DNA from: an uncultured Thermoleophilia bacterium
GTDB lineage: Bacteria > Actinomycetota > Thermoleophilia > UBA2241
Direction of reading: 5' to 3'
Length of the DNA stretch: 64,000 nucleotides
Assembly: GCA_963747935.1 (NCBI GenBank)
Contig: CAVVGY010000010.1
Coordinates: 3,783-67,782 of the forward strand
This document shows positions 10,208-19,316 of this stretch, piece after piece. Both the position numbers and the translations under genes were made by a program. Numbering within the stretch: position 1 is the first letter of the stretch; each line of letters opens with the position of its first letter. The notes below the pieces were generated by a model, which searched no databases, was not told the DNA's origin, and saw only the letters and a list, made by a program, of their open reading frames with translations.

Positions 10208-11207
10208 GTGAGCCGCCCGTCTCGCAGACGCCGCGACCCGGCGCTCCTGCGGGCACGCTACCGGACCCTCTTCTTCCTGCTGCTCACGCTCGCCGCACTC
10301 GCGCTGGGGCACCCCCTCGCGGCGGCGCCGGCCGTGGCCGGCGCCCTCATGGGCGTGTACTCGGTGCGCGTGGCGCTCAAGCGCCCGGCCGAGCTCGCGC
10401 ACACCTTCGTCGTGCTCGACTGGGCGCTGCTCGGCATCACGCTCGCGCTCTCCGGCGGGGCCGAGAGCTGGCTGCTGCTCGCGGTGCCGTTCCTGGTGCT
10501 CGGCCAGCTGGCCGGGGCGCCCCGCGAGGAGTGGGTGTTCCTCGCCGGCCCCTCGCTGCTCCTCGTCGTCATCCTCGCGATCGCCGACCCGACGCTCGCC
10601 GGCAGCCGGTTCCTCTCGGTGGCCAAGATCGTCGTGCTGGTCGCCGGCGGCTGCGTCGCGGCGACGCGTCTGCGCCGCCGACCGGCCACCGTGCGCAGGC
10701 GCGAGCAGCACGCGCCCAAGGTGGACGTCAGCACCGGCCTCTCCACCGCCGCCTGCCTGCCCGCGTTCCTCGAGGACAGGACGGCGGCCGCGCTCGACGA
10801 GCACCGGCCGCTCAGCGTGGTGTACGTGCGGATGGAGCACTTCGAGGACAGCCGCAACTTCCTGGGCGCCGCCGGCAGCGAGGAGCTCGTGCGCGGCGTC
10901 GCCCGCCGGGCGGAGCGCCGCGTGGCCTCCGACGGCCGCGCCTTCAGGGTGCAGGCCGGACAGCCTGGTGCTGGTCCTGCCCGGCCTCTCCCTCGCCGAG
11001 GCGCGCCAGACGGCCGCCGACCTCGCGCACGACGTGAGCGGCAGCCTCATCGGCGGGCGCCGGCAGACGCTGGCGACCGGCGTCTCCTCGTTCCCCACCG
11101 TGCGGCGCATCGAGGACCTGCTCGCCGCCGCCCGCGACGAAGCCCTGCCGGCGGTGGTCTCCACCGAGGTCTCCGGCACCGTCATCCCACTCGCGGCGGC
11201 TCAATAG
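10208..11207 (+). pseudogene. Membrane-anchored protein with a degenerate GGDEF-like domain; one frame break near 10960
   Basis: About 5 N-terminal hydrophobic helices are followed by a diguanylate-cyclase-like fold: DVSTGLSTAACLPAFLED, LSVVYVRMEHFEDSRNFLG. Where GG[DE]EF is expected the sequence reads AFRVQ..DSLVLVLPG, so the signature is absent. Stop at 11205-11207. Confidence 0.6.
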
Positions 11208-11271
11208 CCGTGCGGGCCGCGACCACGGCCCGCGTCTTGCCACTCCCCATGCGCCTCGCTAGTCTTCGGCT

Positions 11272-11573
11272 GTGGAGATCGACATCGCCAGCCAGCAGGT
11301 GCCGCAAGGGCGTGGCCGTACAGGTCAAGGTACGGCTCTCGGGGCGTGAGACCAGCCGGCTGTTCGTGAGCGGCGACACGCTGATCCAGCTCCCGCTGGA
11401 CGGCGCGCTCCTCGACGCGGACGGCTCCCCCGTCCCCCGCACCTCCATCTTCCTCAGCGAACTGGCCGGCAAGCGCGACGGCCTGTCCCGGACCTTCAGC
11501 GGCGGCGAGGACGCGCGACGCCTTCGCCGCCGCCGTCCGCACCCAACTCGAGACCGCCTTGGAGGCGTCATGA
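11272..11573 (+). pseudogene. Hypothetical ~100-aa protein translationally coupled to the Roadblock gene; probably 2 frame breaks; start uncertain
   Basis: The high-GC3 path reads VEIDIASQQVP / KGVAVQVKVRLSGRETSRLFVSGDTLIQLPLDGALLDADGSPVPRTSIFLSELAGKRDGLSRTFSGGEDA / DAFAAAVRTQLETALEAS. Its stop (11571-11573) overlaps the Roadblock ATG (ATGA). I recognise no family. Confidence 0.35.
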
Positions 11574-11911
11574 CCGACCAGGCCGACATCCTCGCCGCCC
11601 AGCTGGCTCCGTACCGGCAGACGCCCGGGATCGTCGCCGCCCTGCTCGTCTCGCGCGACGGGTTCGTCATCGCCGCCGACGCCGACCCGGAGTTCAAGGC
11701 CGACGCCGTCGCCGCCCAGGTGGCCGGCGTCATCGACATCGGCGCCCGGCTCGCGGCCGAGCTCGGCCGGCCGGGCGCCCGCTACATCTCCCTCGACCTC
11801 GACGGTCTCAACGTCGTGCTCGCCCCCTTCGACGACGAGCTCATGCTCGTGCTCGCGGGCCTGCCCAGCGCCCTTGTCTGCGAGTACCGCCTCATCAAGC
11901 CAGGCGCCTGA
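11570..11911 (+). CDS. Roadblock/LC7 (MglB-like) domain protein
   Basis: Intact 113-aa ORF with a GGAGG box 4 nt upstream. Sequence GIVAALLVSRDGFVIAADAD...DLDGLNVVLAPFDDELMLVLAG fits the Robl/LC7 pattern. Confidence 0.8.
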   Translation: MTDQADILAAQLAPYRQTPGIVAALLVSRDGFVIAADADPEFKADAVAAQVAGVIDIGARLAAELGRPGARYISLDLDGLNVVLAPFDDELMLVLAGLPSALVCEYRLIKPGA

Positions 11912-11953
11912 CCGCCCTGCCGCACCGCGGCCGGACCGACCAAGGAGACCCTC

Positions 11954-12551
11954 ATGGAAGACGCGGTCGAACAGCTCGACAACCTGGCGCGGAGCGTCGG
12001 CGAGTGCACCCGCTGCGACGAGCTCGTGGCGAGCCGGCTCCGCGCCGTACCCGGCGGCGGCCACCCGCACTGCTCGGTGATGGTCGTCGCGCTCCACACC
12101 GACCCGCAGGACGAAGAGGACGGCGGTCTGGCCGGCGAGACGCTCCTCGCCGACCTCGCCGAGTTCATGCCGGCCCTCGCCGAAAGCCGTGACCAGGTGT
12201 ACGTCACGGCGCTGGTCAAGTGCGTGCCGCGCAGCGACGGCGCCGTGCGCGGCCCGCTCCCCCAGGAGCTGGACAACTGCTACCGGCACCTCTCGAAGGA
12301 ACTCACCATCACCACCCCGCACTACGTGCTCACGGTGGGCGAAGAGACCACGCCGCTACCTGCTCGGCAAGCTGTACAAGACCACGCCGTACGAGCAGGG
12401 CGACTCGCTCGAGCTGCGGGTGTTCGACAACCCGGCGTTCAAGGTCGTTCCGGTGGCTACGCCGGACGAGCTGCGGGAGCGCGACCCCAAGGTGCGCGAA
12501 GAGTACGTCAAGCGCCTGCGCACGCTCGCGCAGGTGATGGGTCTTCTGTAA
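11954..12551 (+). pseudogene. Uracil-DNA glycosylase superfamily protein (family 4/5-like); one frame break near 12345
   Basis: GECTRCDELV (Fe-S Cys motif region), VMVVALHTDPQDEEDG, VYVTALVKCVP. After the break: RYLLGKLYKTTPYEQGDSLELRVFDNPAFKVVPVATPDEL. Confidence 0.7.
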
Positions 12552-12560
12552 GAAGCAGTG

Positions 12561-12609
12561 GAGGAGGCCGCCGGCCCGGGCGCGAAGCGCCCCCGCCGGC
12601 GGCCTCCTC
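12561..12609. terminator. GC-rich hairpin between the convergent UDG and MttB genes
   Basis: GAGGAGGCCGCCGGC (12561-12575) pairs perfectly with GCCGGCGGCCTCCTC (12595-12609). An inner GGGCGC/GCGCCC stem is also present. There is no clear U-tract. Confidence 0.5.
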
Positions 12610-12693
12610 ACGTACGGGGCGGCAACGGCCGGCCGCGTCCTCACCCAAGGCGGCGACCGCCGCGGCCGCCATCCCCGCCGCCGCCGGTGAGTC

Positions 12694-14148
12694 TCAGCGG
12701 CCGGTGAGCTCCTTGCCCGCGTCCGCGATGACGTCCGCGATCCGCTGCTCCGCGCCGGGCGGCAGCGGCGGCGCCTTGTGCGTCGCGAGGATCTCCTCCA
12801 CGGCGGCGTTGGCGCGGCGCACCTCGGCCGGCGGGCCGGACTCGAGCCCGCGCAGCGCGCTCCAGGCCTCGAAGGGCTCGCGCTGGAGCAGCCGCGGCGC
12901 CAGCAACTCTCCGCGGCGCAGGTAGTCCCGCGTCTCCCGGGCGCGCAGGAAGTGCCCGCCGGGACCCACGCGGCCGACGAGCTCCTCCAGGAGGCGCTCG
13001 GAGTCCACCTCGAGACCGGCGCGGACGCGCCGGCACTGCCGGAACAGCTCGCAGTCCAGCAGGATCTTGGGCAGCGAGAGCATCTGGGCGCCGGCGTGCA
13101 TGCCGGCGCCGCAGAGGAGGTCGGGGTCCATGAGCGCCGAGGCGAGCGCGGCCATGCCGCCCTCGGCGCCGCTCATCATCGAGGACTCGTTGGCGTCGCC
13201 GGTGAAGCCGGTCGCCATCACCGGCAGGTCGTAGCGCCGCGCCAGGCCGACCATGGCCTGCGTGAGCAGCACCGACTCCGGCGCGGCGGCGGCGTAGGCG
13301 CCGGAGCGCATGTCGAGCACCCCGGTGTCGGCGACGTAGATGCAGCCGACCCCGGGGCGGGCCAGCTGGAACAGGACGACGGAGCTGAGGATCTCGACGT
13401 TGGCTTGCATGGCGGCGCCGGCGAGGGTGACCGGCGCCGTCGCCCCCGTGAGGCCCATGCTGTAGATGCACATCGGCACGCCGGCGCGCGCCAGGGCGAG
13501 GCCGGCGCCGAGCATCTCCGGCTCGTGCTGCAGCGGCGGCACGGGGCAGTAGACGATGGAGAAGAACGGCCGCGCCGGGTCCCACGCGCCGCCCTCCGCG
13601 GCCGCCGCGAGGATCTCGAGTACGTAGGGCACCTCTTCGGCGCGCTGCACCTCACCTTGGATGTGCTTGCCGGTGTGGGTGACGATCGCCGCGAGCTCGT
13701 CCAGCACCTGGGTGTTGGGCGGCGCGTCGGCGGCGCTGACGATGTTCCAGACCACGCCGATCTCGTCTGCGGCGTCGGCCACGAGGCTGGCGTCGGCGAG
13801 GTCCTGCATGGTTGACGGCCGCCGGCCGCCGGTGCGGTGGTCCAGCGTGTACGCGCCGGTGCCGTCGAGCGTGAGGTGCACGTCGGTGCCGTCGCAGCGC
13901 ACGTCGCGCTCCGGGTCGCGGCCGGCGAGCAGCACGTCGCGCGGAGCCGCGGCCAGCGCCTCCTCGACCAGCCGCGGCGGGATGCGCACGACGCCGGTCT
14001 GCGCGTCCACGACCGCGCCGGCGTCGGCCAGCAGCGCCTGCGCGCCGGCGTCGGGGAACGCGACGCCGACCTCCGCGAGCACGCGCAGGCTGGCCTCGTG
14101 GATCGCCTCGACCTCGTCCGGCGGCGCCGGCGAGATGCGCGGGATCAC
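12694..14148 (-). CDS. Trimethylamine methyltransferase (MttB) superfamily protein, non-pyrrolysine type
   Basis: Intact 484-aa ORF from the GTG at 14148 (GTGA overlap with the upstream stop). No in-frame TAG. Family-like strings: EAIHEASLRVLAEVGV, VYCPVPPLQHE, GATAPVTLAGAAMQANVEILS, LDMRSGAYAAAAPE, GPGGHFL. Confidence 0.8.
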   Translation of the reverse strand: MIPRISPAPPDEVEAIHEASLRVLAEVGVAFPDAGAQALLADAGAVVDAQTGVVRIPPRLVEEALAAAPRDVLLAGRDPERDVRCDGTDVHLTLDGTGAYTLDHRTGGRRPSTMQDLADASLVADAADEIGVVWNIVSAADAPPNTQVLDELAAIVTHTGKHIQGEVQRAEEVPYVLEILAAAAEGGAWDPARPFFSIVYCPVPPLQHEPEMLGAGLALARAGVPMCIYSMGLTGATAPVTLAGAAMQANVEILSSVVLFQLARPGVGCIYVADTGVLDMRSGAYAAAAPESVLLTQAMVGLARRYDLPVMATGFTGDANESSMMSGAEGGMAALASALMDPDLLCGAGMHAGAQMLSLPKILLDCELFRQCRRVRAGLEVDSERLLEELVGRVGPGGHFLRARETRDYLRRGELLAPRLLQREPFEAWSALRGLESGPPAEVRRANAAVEEILATHKAPPLPPGAEQRIADVIADAGKELTGR

Positions 14149-15041
14149 GGCACCACCACGCGCAGCGCCCGGGGCACGATCAGGCACTCCATGGGCAGCT
14201 TGCCGGCCACCTCGCCGTCGGTCTGCACCAGGACCTCCTTGCCGCTCTCCACCGTCTCGATCTGCGCCCGCTCGGTGCGGAAGTACTCCACCTTGGGGTG
14301 CTTGATGTGGGCGTTGATGAGCGCCGCCGTCCAGTACCAGATGGTGCTGACCAGGGACTTGTCCTTGAGCACGCACACGTCCAGCAGGCCGTCGCGCATG
14401 TCGGCGAGCGGCGTGATGCCGAACGCGCCGCCGTAGTTGGAGGAGTTGCCGAACACGGCGAAGTAGCCCTCCACCGTGCGCTCGTCGGTCGTGACGCGGA
14501 TGAGCGGGTCGTCGTGGGTGAGGTACGTGGCGAGGCCCTGGACGGCGAACGCCGCCTCCTTGAGCGCCTTCTTCATCGTCGGGTTGATGGCGGCGACCAC
14601 GGCGGCGTCCATGCCCACGCCGGCCATGAGCCCGAAGTAGCGGTCGCCGGCCAGGCCGAGGTCGATCCACGAGACGTGGCCGGCGTCGGCCCCGAGCAGC
14701 TTGACCGCGTCGGGCGGCTCCAGCGGGATGCCCAGCTCCATCGCCAGCACGTTGACGGTGCCGGTGGGGATGATGGCGAGCGGCGTGTCGCTGCCGGCGA
14801 GGCCGTTGATGGTCTCGTTGACGGTGCCGTCGCCGCCGACGGCGGCGACGATGTCGAAGCCGGCGGAGACCGCCTCGCGCGCGAGGCGGCTGGCGTCGCC
14901 GGCCTCCTGCGTCTGCATCTCCTCGACCTCGTAGCCGAGGCCGCGGAGGGCGGCGAAGATGAGCGGCACGTCGCGCTTGTACCCGCCGCCCCCGGAGTGC
15001 GGGTTGTGGATGGCCGCGAGCCTCCTGCCGTGCAGCGTCAT
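14145..15041 (-). CDS. Diacylglycerol/lipid kinase family protein (YegS/DagK-like)
   Basis: Intact 298 aa. Contains IHNPHSGGG, the VGGDGTVNE catalytic-domain signature and IPTGTVNVLA. ATGA overlap with the PHP gene stop at 15038-15041. Confidence 0.85.
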   Translation of the reverse strand: MTLHGRRLAAIHNPHSGGGGYKRDVPLIFAALRGLGYEVEEMQTQEAGDASRLAREAVSAGFDIVAAVGGDGTVNETINGLAGSDTPLAIIPTGTVNVLAMELGIPLEPPDAVKLLGADAGHVSWIDLGLAGDRYFGLMAGVGMDAAVVAAINPTMKKALKEAAFAVQGLATYLTHDDPLIRVTTDERTVEGYFAVFGNSSNYGGAFGITPLADMRDGLLDVCVLKDKSLVSTIWYWTAALINAHIKHPKVEYFRTERAQIETVESGKEVLVQTDGEVAGKLPMECLIVPRALRVVVP

Positions 15042-15868
15042 GCTCGCGGCTCCAGAGCGAGCGGCTCCCCGGCGACGGCCGGGAGCCGCCGCAGCTCGCG
15101 GTAGCCCGCCGCCCGCGCGAGCTCCGCGGCGTGGTCGAACCCGTGCCCCACGTCCCGCGGCTTGTGTGCGTCGGAGCCGAGCACGAGCGGGATGCCGAGG
15201 GCGTGCGCCTCGGCGAGGAGCCCGAGGGCCGGGAAGGTCTCGCCGATAGCCTTGCGCAGGCCGCCGGTGTTGATCTCGAGGCACATGCCGGCCGCCGCCA
15301 CGGCGCGCAGCGCCGCGCTCGCGGCGGCCGCCACAGCCTCGGCGTCCGCCGGCGGCCCGAACTTCTTGGCGTGGTCGAAGTGCCCGGCCACGTCGAACAG
15401 CCCCGACTCGGCCGCCTGCCGCGTGAGCTCGAGGCTCTCGAGGTGGATGCGGTCGAGGCCGTACTCCTCTATCCGGCCCGCCATCTCCGGGTGGTCGAAC
15501 CCGAACCGGTCGCCGACGATGTGCACCGACCCGATCACGTACTCGAACGGGTACTGGCGCAGCACCTCGGCCGTCTCCTCGATCGTCTCCGGGATGAAGT
15601 CGGCCTCGATGCCGAGGGCGATGCGCAGGTGCGGCGCGTACTCGCGCGCCAGGTCCTGGACGACGGTGCAGTACTCGTCGAGCTCGTCCACCCGCATGGC
15701 CCAGTCGTCGGTGAGGTCGTGGCGCGGCTCCCAGCCCCCGAGGAACGGCAGGTGGTCGGCGAAGCCCATCTCCGTCATGCCGAGCTCCGCCGCGCGCTCC
15801 ACGTACTCGCGTGGCTCCCCCTCCGCGTGGCGGCACATGCGCGTGTGGATGTGATAGTCGGCGATCAT
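15038..15868 (-). CDS. PHP-domain phosphoesterase (histidinol-phosphatase HisJ family)
   Basis: Intact 276 aa. Contains the DYHIHT metal motif, GFADH, GSVH and GSDAH. Confidence 0.85.
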   Translation of the reverse strand: MIADYHIHTRMCRHAEGEPREYVERAAELGMTEMGFADHLPFLGGWEPRHDLTDDWAMRVDELDEYCTVVQDLAREYAPHLRIALGIEADFIPETIEETAEVLRQYPFEYVIGSVHIVGDRFGFDHPEMAGRIEEYGLDRIHLESLELTRQAAESGLFDVAGHFDHAKKFGPPADAEAVAAAASAALRAVAAAGMCLEINTGGLRKAIGETFPALGLLAEAHALGIPLVLGSDAHKPRDVGHGFDHAAELARAAGYRELRRLPAVAGEPLALEPRA

Positions 15869-16605
15869 CGAGACCTCGGGGACTGCGGTCTGCGGCTCCG
15901 TGCGCGCAAGCTTACACCCCGGTCACGGCGCGGACGGCGGCGGGCGAACAGCAGCACCAGCAGCATGCCGGCCACGAAGCCGCCCACGTGAGCGAAGAAC
16001 GCCGTCCCCGCGCCGCCGGAGCCCCACGACGCCACACCGCTCACCCCCTGCAGCGCGAACCAGACGAGCAGCAGGATCCAAGCCGGGATCTCGAACACCG
16101 GCCACACGACGATGAGCGGGATCACCGTGAGCACCCGGGCGCGCGGGAAGAGCACCAGGTACCCGCCGAGCACGCCGGCGATGGCGCCGCTGGCGCCGAT
16201 GAGCGGCACGTCGCTCGACGGCGAGACGACCACCTGGGTCGCCGTCGCCAGCAGGCCGCAGGCCAGGTAGAAGCCGAGGAAGCGCGGCCGCGTCATCGCG
16301 TCCTCGACGTTGTTGCCGAAGATCCACAGGTACCACATGTTGAAGATCAGGTGCGCCCATCCGCCGTGCACGAACATGGTGGTGAACAGCGTGGCCCAGG
16401 CCGGGAACCAGGCGAACGGCGGCAGATCGACGTGGTGCGTGACCTCGAACGGCCGCACGCCGAGCAGGTAGAACCAGCCGTTCTCGGTGATCCCCCAGCG
16501 CGGCAGCGTCAACTGCACGACGAACACGACGACGTTGGCGATGATGAGCGCCAGGGTGACGGCGGGGAGCCGGTGCGTGCGCTTGTCGTCGTGGAGAGGG
16601 ATCAT
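15865..16605 (-). CDS. Rhomboid-family intramembrane serine protease
   Basis: FVHGGWAHLIFNMWYLWIFG (HxxxN region), the GASGAIAGVLG catalytic Ser motif and FAHVGGFVAG catalytic His. Start taken at the ATG at 16605 (MIPLHDD). The stop overlaps the PHP start. Confidence 0.85.
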   Translation of the reverse strand: MIPLHDDKRTHRLPAVTLALIIANVVVFVVQLTLPRWGITENGWFYLLGVRPFEVTHHVDLPPFAWFPAWATLFTTMFVHGGWAHLIFNMWYLWIFGNNVEDAMTRPRFLGFYLACGLLATATQVVVSPSSDVPLIGASGAIAGVLGGYLVLFPRARVLTVIPLIVVWPVFEIPAWILLLVWFALQGVSGVASWGSGGAGTAFFAHVGGFVAGMLLVLLFARRRPRRDRGVSLRARSRRPQSPRSR

Positions 16606-16657
16606 GCCGCGCGAGTGTACCCGGCGCGGCGGGAGCACGGCTCCGCGCCGGTGTCGA

Positions 16658-16697
16658 TTGACAGGCACTTCGGGTCCCGTATACTTCGGGTACCGAA
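16658..16697 (+). promoter_or_regulatory. Near-consensus sigma-70-type promoter plus operator-like repeats for marR-MFS; the mRNA would be nearly leaderless
   Basis: TTGACA (16658-16663), 16 nt, TATACT (16680-16685), with the ATG only 12 nt after the -10 box and no SD sequence. ACTTCGGGT is repeated at 16667-16675 and 16683-16691. Inverted repeat TTCGG-GTA-CCGAA at 16685-16697. Confidence 0.5.
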
Positions 16698-17180
16698 ATG
16701 AATGACCCGAAGCGACAGACCGGACGCGAGGACGTCACCAGCGAGCTCGCCCGCCTGCTCCCCGAGCTGGCGGTCGCGCTGTACGAGTCCGCGCCGCACG
16801 GCCGGCCCGGGCAGCGCTCTCCGGCCGCGTCGCAGCTCACCGGCCGGCAGTTGGAGGCCGTCGTGTTCCTCTCCCATCACCGGAGCGTGACGATGGGGGA
16901 GTTCGCCGACGGCCTCGAGATCTCGCCGGCCGCCGCCACCGAGCTCGTCGCCCGGCTCATCGAGAAGGGCGTCGTGCGGCGCGAGGCGCACCCGGACGAC
17001 CGCAGGGTCGTCCTGCTCCGCCTCGCCGGCGACGCCGAACGGTACGCGGAGAGCATGCACGACGAGTGGCAGAAGCACGTCGAGGTGGTGTTCGCCCGCC
17101 ACCCCGGCATCGACCCCGACGCCCTCATCGCCCTCCTCGACGACCTCATCGACCAGCTGAAAGGACGGACCACGCCATGA
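16698..17180 (+). CDS. MarR-family transcriptional regulator
   Basis: Intact 160 aa. Winged-HTH region: LTGRQLEAVVFLSHHRSVTMGEFADGLEISPAAATELVARLIEKGVVRREAHPDDRRVVLLRL. ATGA overlap with the MFS gene. Confidence 0.85.
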   Translation: MNDPKRQTGREDVTSELARLLPELAVALYESAPHGRPGQRSPAASQLTGRQLEAVVFLSHHRSVTMGEFADGLEISPAAATELVARLIEKGVVRREAHPDDRRVVLLRLAGDAERYAESMHDEWQKHVEVVFARHPGIDPDALIALLDDLIDQLKGRTTP

Positions 17181-18867
17181 GCGCGCACCCCAACGCGGTA
17201 CAGGCCGAGGCCCGACCGGCCGGCCCGGCCCGCAACCCGTGGGCCGTGCTGGCCGTGCTCTGCCTCGGCCTCTTCATGATCCTGCTCGACGGCACGATCG
17301 TGAACATCGCCATCCCGCACATCCAGAGCTACTACGACACCACCTACAGCAACATCGAGTGGGTGATGAACGCCTACATCCTGGCGTTCGCGGTGCTGCT
17401 GGTGCCGATGGGCCGCTTCGGCGACCTCTGGGGCCGGCGCAAGCTCTTCCTGGCCGGCATGGTGCTCTTCACGCTCGGGTCGCTGGCCTGCGGCCTCGCC
17501 CCGAGCATCTACCTGCTCATCGCCTTCCGCGTCATCCAGGGCATCGGCGGCGCGGCGATGATGCCGTCCACCCTGAGCATCATCGCCACGGTGTTCGCGC
17601 CCGAGAAGCGCGGCGCCGCCATGGGCGTGTGGGGAGGCGTGTCCGGCGTCGCCTCGGGCCTCGGCCCCGTGCTCGGCGGCATCATCATCCAGTACGTCAC
17701 CTGGCCCACCGTGGACGGCAGCTGGCGCTGGATCTTCCTCGTCAACATCCCGGTGGGCATCGTCGGCGTGCTGCTCACGCTGCGCCTCGTGCCCGAGAGC
17801 AAGAACCCGACCGCCGTCGAGTCGCTCGACCTGCCCGGCGTGGGCCTGCTCTCCGTCTCGCTGTTCTGCCTCACCTTCGCGCTCATCGAGGGCCAGAACT
17901 ACGGCTGGTCGTCCGGCACCATCCTCGGGCTGTTCGCCGGCGCCGCCGTGGCGTTCGTGGCCTTCTACCTGTGGGAGCACCGCGTCAAGCAGCCGCTCAT
18001 CGACTTCTCGCTGTTCCGCAGCCTCAACTTCAGCGCCGGCAACGCGACCGGCCTGCTGCTCAGCGCGGCGATGATGGGCGCCTTCTTCACCATCCCGATC
18101 TTCCTGCAGTCGGTGCTGGGCTTCAGCGCCATCAAGGCGGGCCTCGTGATGGCGCCGATGTCCGTGATCATCATCTTCGCGGCCCCGCATCGCCGGCATG
18201 CTCAGCGACCGGCTGGGCAGCAAGTGGATCGTCGCCGTCGGGCATGTTCCTGCTGGCGTTCGGCCTGGCCTGGATGGCCGGCCTGGTCCCCGGCGTCGAG
18301 AAGATCGACCCGCAGACCACCTCCGGCAGCCTGCTCGTGCCGTTCCTCATCAGCGGCATCGGCATCGGGTTCGCCGTCGCTCCGGTGACCTCGGCGGTCA
18401 TGGCGACGGCGCCCAAGGACCGCGTCGGCAACGCCTCCGGCGTGCTCTCGACCATGCGCCAGGTCGGCAGCCTCCTGGGCATCGCGGTGCTGGGGGCCGT
18501 GCTGCAGAACCGGGTCACGGCCAACATCACCGAGGGCGTGCAGGCCATCAGCCAGATCCCCGAGGCGCTCAAGCAGAAGATCATCGCCGCGGCGAGCAGC
18601 GGCGGCATGCAGATGGGCGCCCCCCAGGGCTCGTCGGACATGCCGGCCGTGGCCCAGCAGATGATCGCGACCCTGTTCAAGGGCTGGTTCACCGACGCGA
18701 TCGCCACCTCGTTCATCGTCGCCGTGGCGTTCGCGGTGGTCGGCGGCCTCTGCGCCCTGCTGCTGCGCAGCCACGTCAAGGAGGCCCAGGCCGTCCAGGA
18801 GCCGGCGCCGCGCGCCGCGGAGCACGCCGCGGCGGAGACGGCGGCCGCCGAGGCCGACGGCATCTGA
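17177..18867 (+). pseudogene. MFS transporter, DHA2 (EmrB/QacA, 14-TMS) drug:H+ antiporter family; two close frame breaks at about 18185-18245
   Basis: LCLGLFMILLDGTIVNIAIPHI; GRFGDLWGRRKLFLAG; MMPSTLSIIATVFAPEKRGAAMGVWG. After the breaks: IAGMLSDRLGSKWIVAVG then MFLLAFGLAWM... through to the stop at 18865-18867. Both breaks look like single inserted C residues (ccg-c-atc and ggg-c-atg). Confidence 0.85.
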
Positions 18868-18868
18868 G

Positions 18869-18916
18869 GCAGGCGACGGGCGGCCGCGCAGTACCGCGCG
18901 GCCGCCCGTCGCCTGC
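18869..18916 (+). terminator. Perfect 21-bp stem hairpin immediately after the MFS stop
   Basis: GCAGGCGACGGGCGGCCGCGC (18869-18889), 6-nt loop, GCGCGGCCGCCCGTCGCCTGC (18896-18916). No U-tract follows. Confidence 0.55.
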
Positions 18917-19027
18917 TCTGACAACACCGGCGCGGAGCCCTCCACGCTCAGGCGAGGAGAAGCGCCGCCGAACGGCGAATGACTCTCCAGCCCTGGGGTA
19001 CCGTCAGGGCCGAGGAGGAGGTCCTGC

Positions 19028-19286
19028 ATGCCTGTGACGACCAGCGCGCCGACGCGCGTGATCGTGATCCCCCGCCAGCTCGAGGGGTTCTTCTACGAGC
19101 GCCTGAAGAACGAGTTCGCCGGCGCGCGACGACGTGCGCATCGTCGTCGACCGCCGCGTCGGGGAGCGCCGCCGCCCGCGCTGGGTGAGCGGCGCCGGCC
19201 CGTTCACCGACCGGCGCCACGTCAGCGACCGCCGCACCGACCCGCCGGTGTGGTCGCTGCCCGACATGCCGTTCTCGGCGTCCTGA
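19028..19286 (+). pseudogene. Small (~85 aa) hypothetical protein with a C-terminal DRRVGERR...DRRT Arg-rich module; one frame break near 19128
   Basis: A GAGGAGGAGG box lies 6 nt before the ATG. GC3 is very high in both segments: MPVTTSAPTRVIVIPRQLEGFFYERLKNEFAGA / DDVRIVVDRRVGERRRPRWVSGAGPFTDRRHVSDRRTDPPVWSLPDMPFSAS. An intrinsic terminator follows. Confidence 0.5.
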
Positions 19287-19316
19287 CGGCCCGAGGCGGT
19301 CACACCGTACGCAGGA

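Noticed and set aside
9962-10208. Searched this and the other intergenic regions over 150 bp (18867-19028, 19959-20189, 26990-27231, 35355-35604, 44762-44929, 47866-48023, 59658-59845, 62503-62778) for tRNA, riboswitch or CRISPR-like structure
   Set aside because: I could recognise no cloverleaf-compatible sequence, no conserved riboswitch cores and no spaced direct repeats. Only hairpins, promoter-like elements and palindromes are reported. A covariance-model scan (Infernal/Rfam, tRNAscan-SE) would be needed to be certain.
12694-14148. Possible pyrrolysine (in-frame TAG) read-through in the MttB homolog
   Set aside because: The ORF is uninterrupted with no internal TAG, so this is a non-Pyl member. 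No pyl genes are seen in the window.
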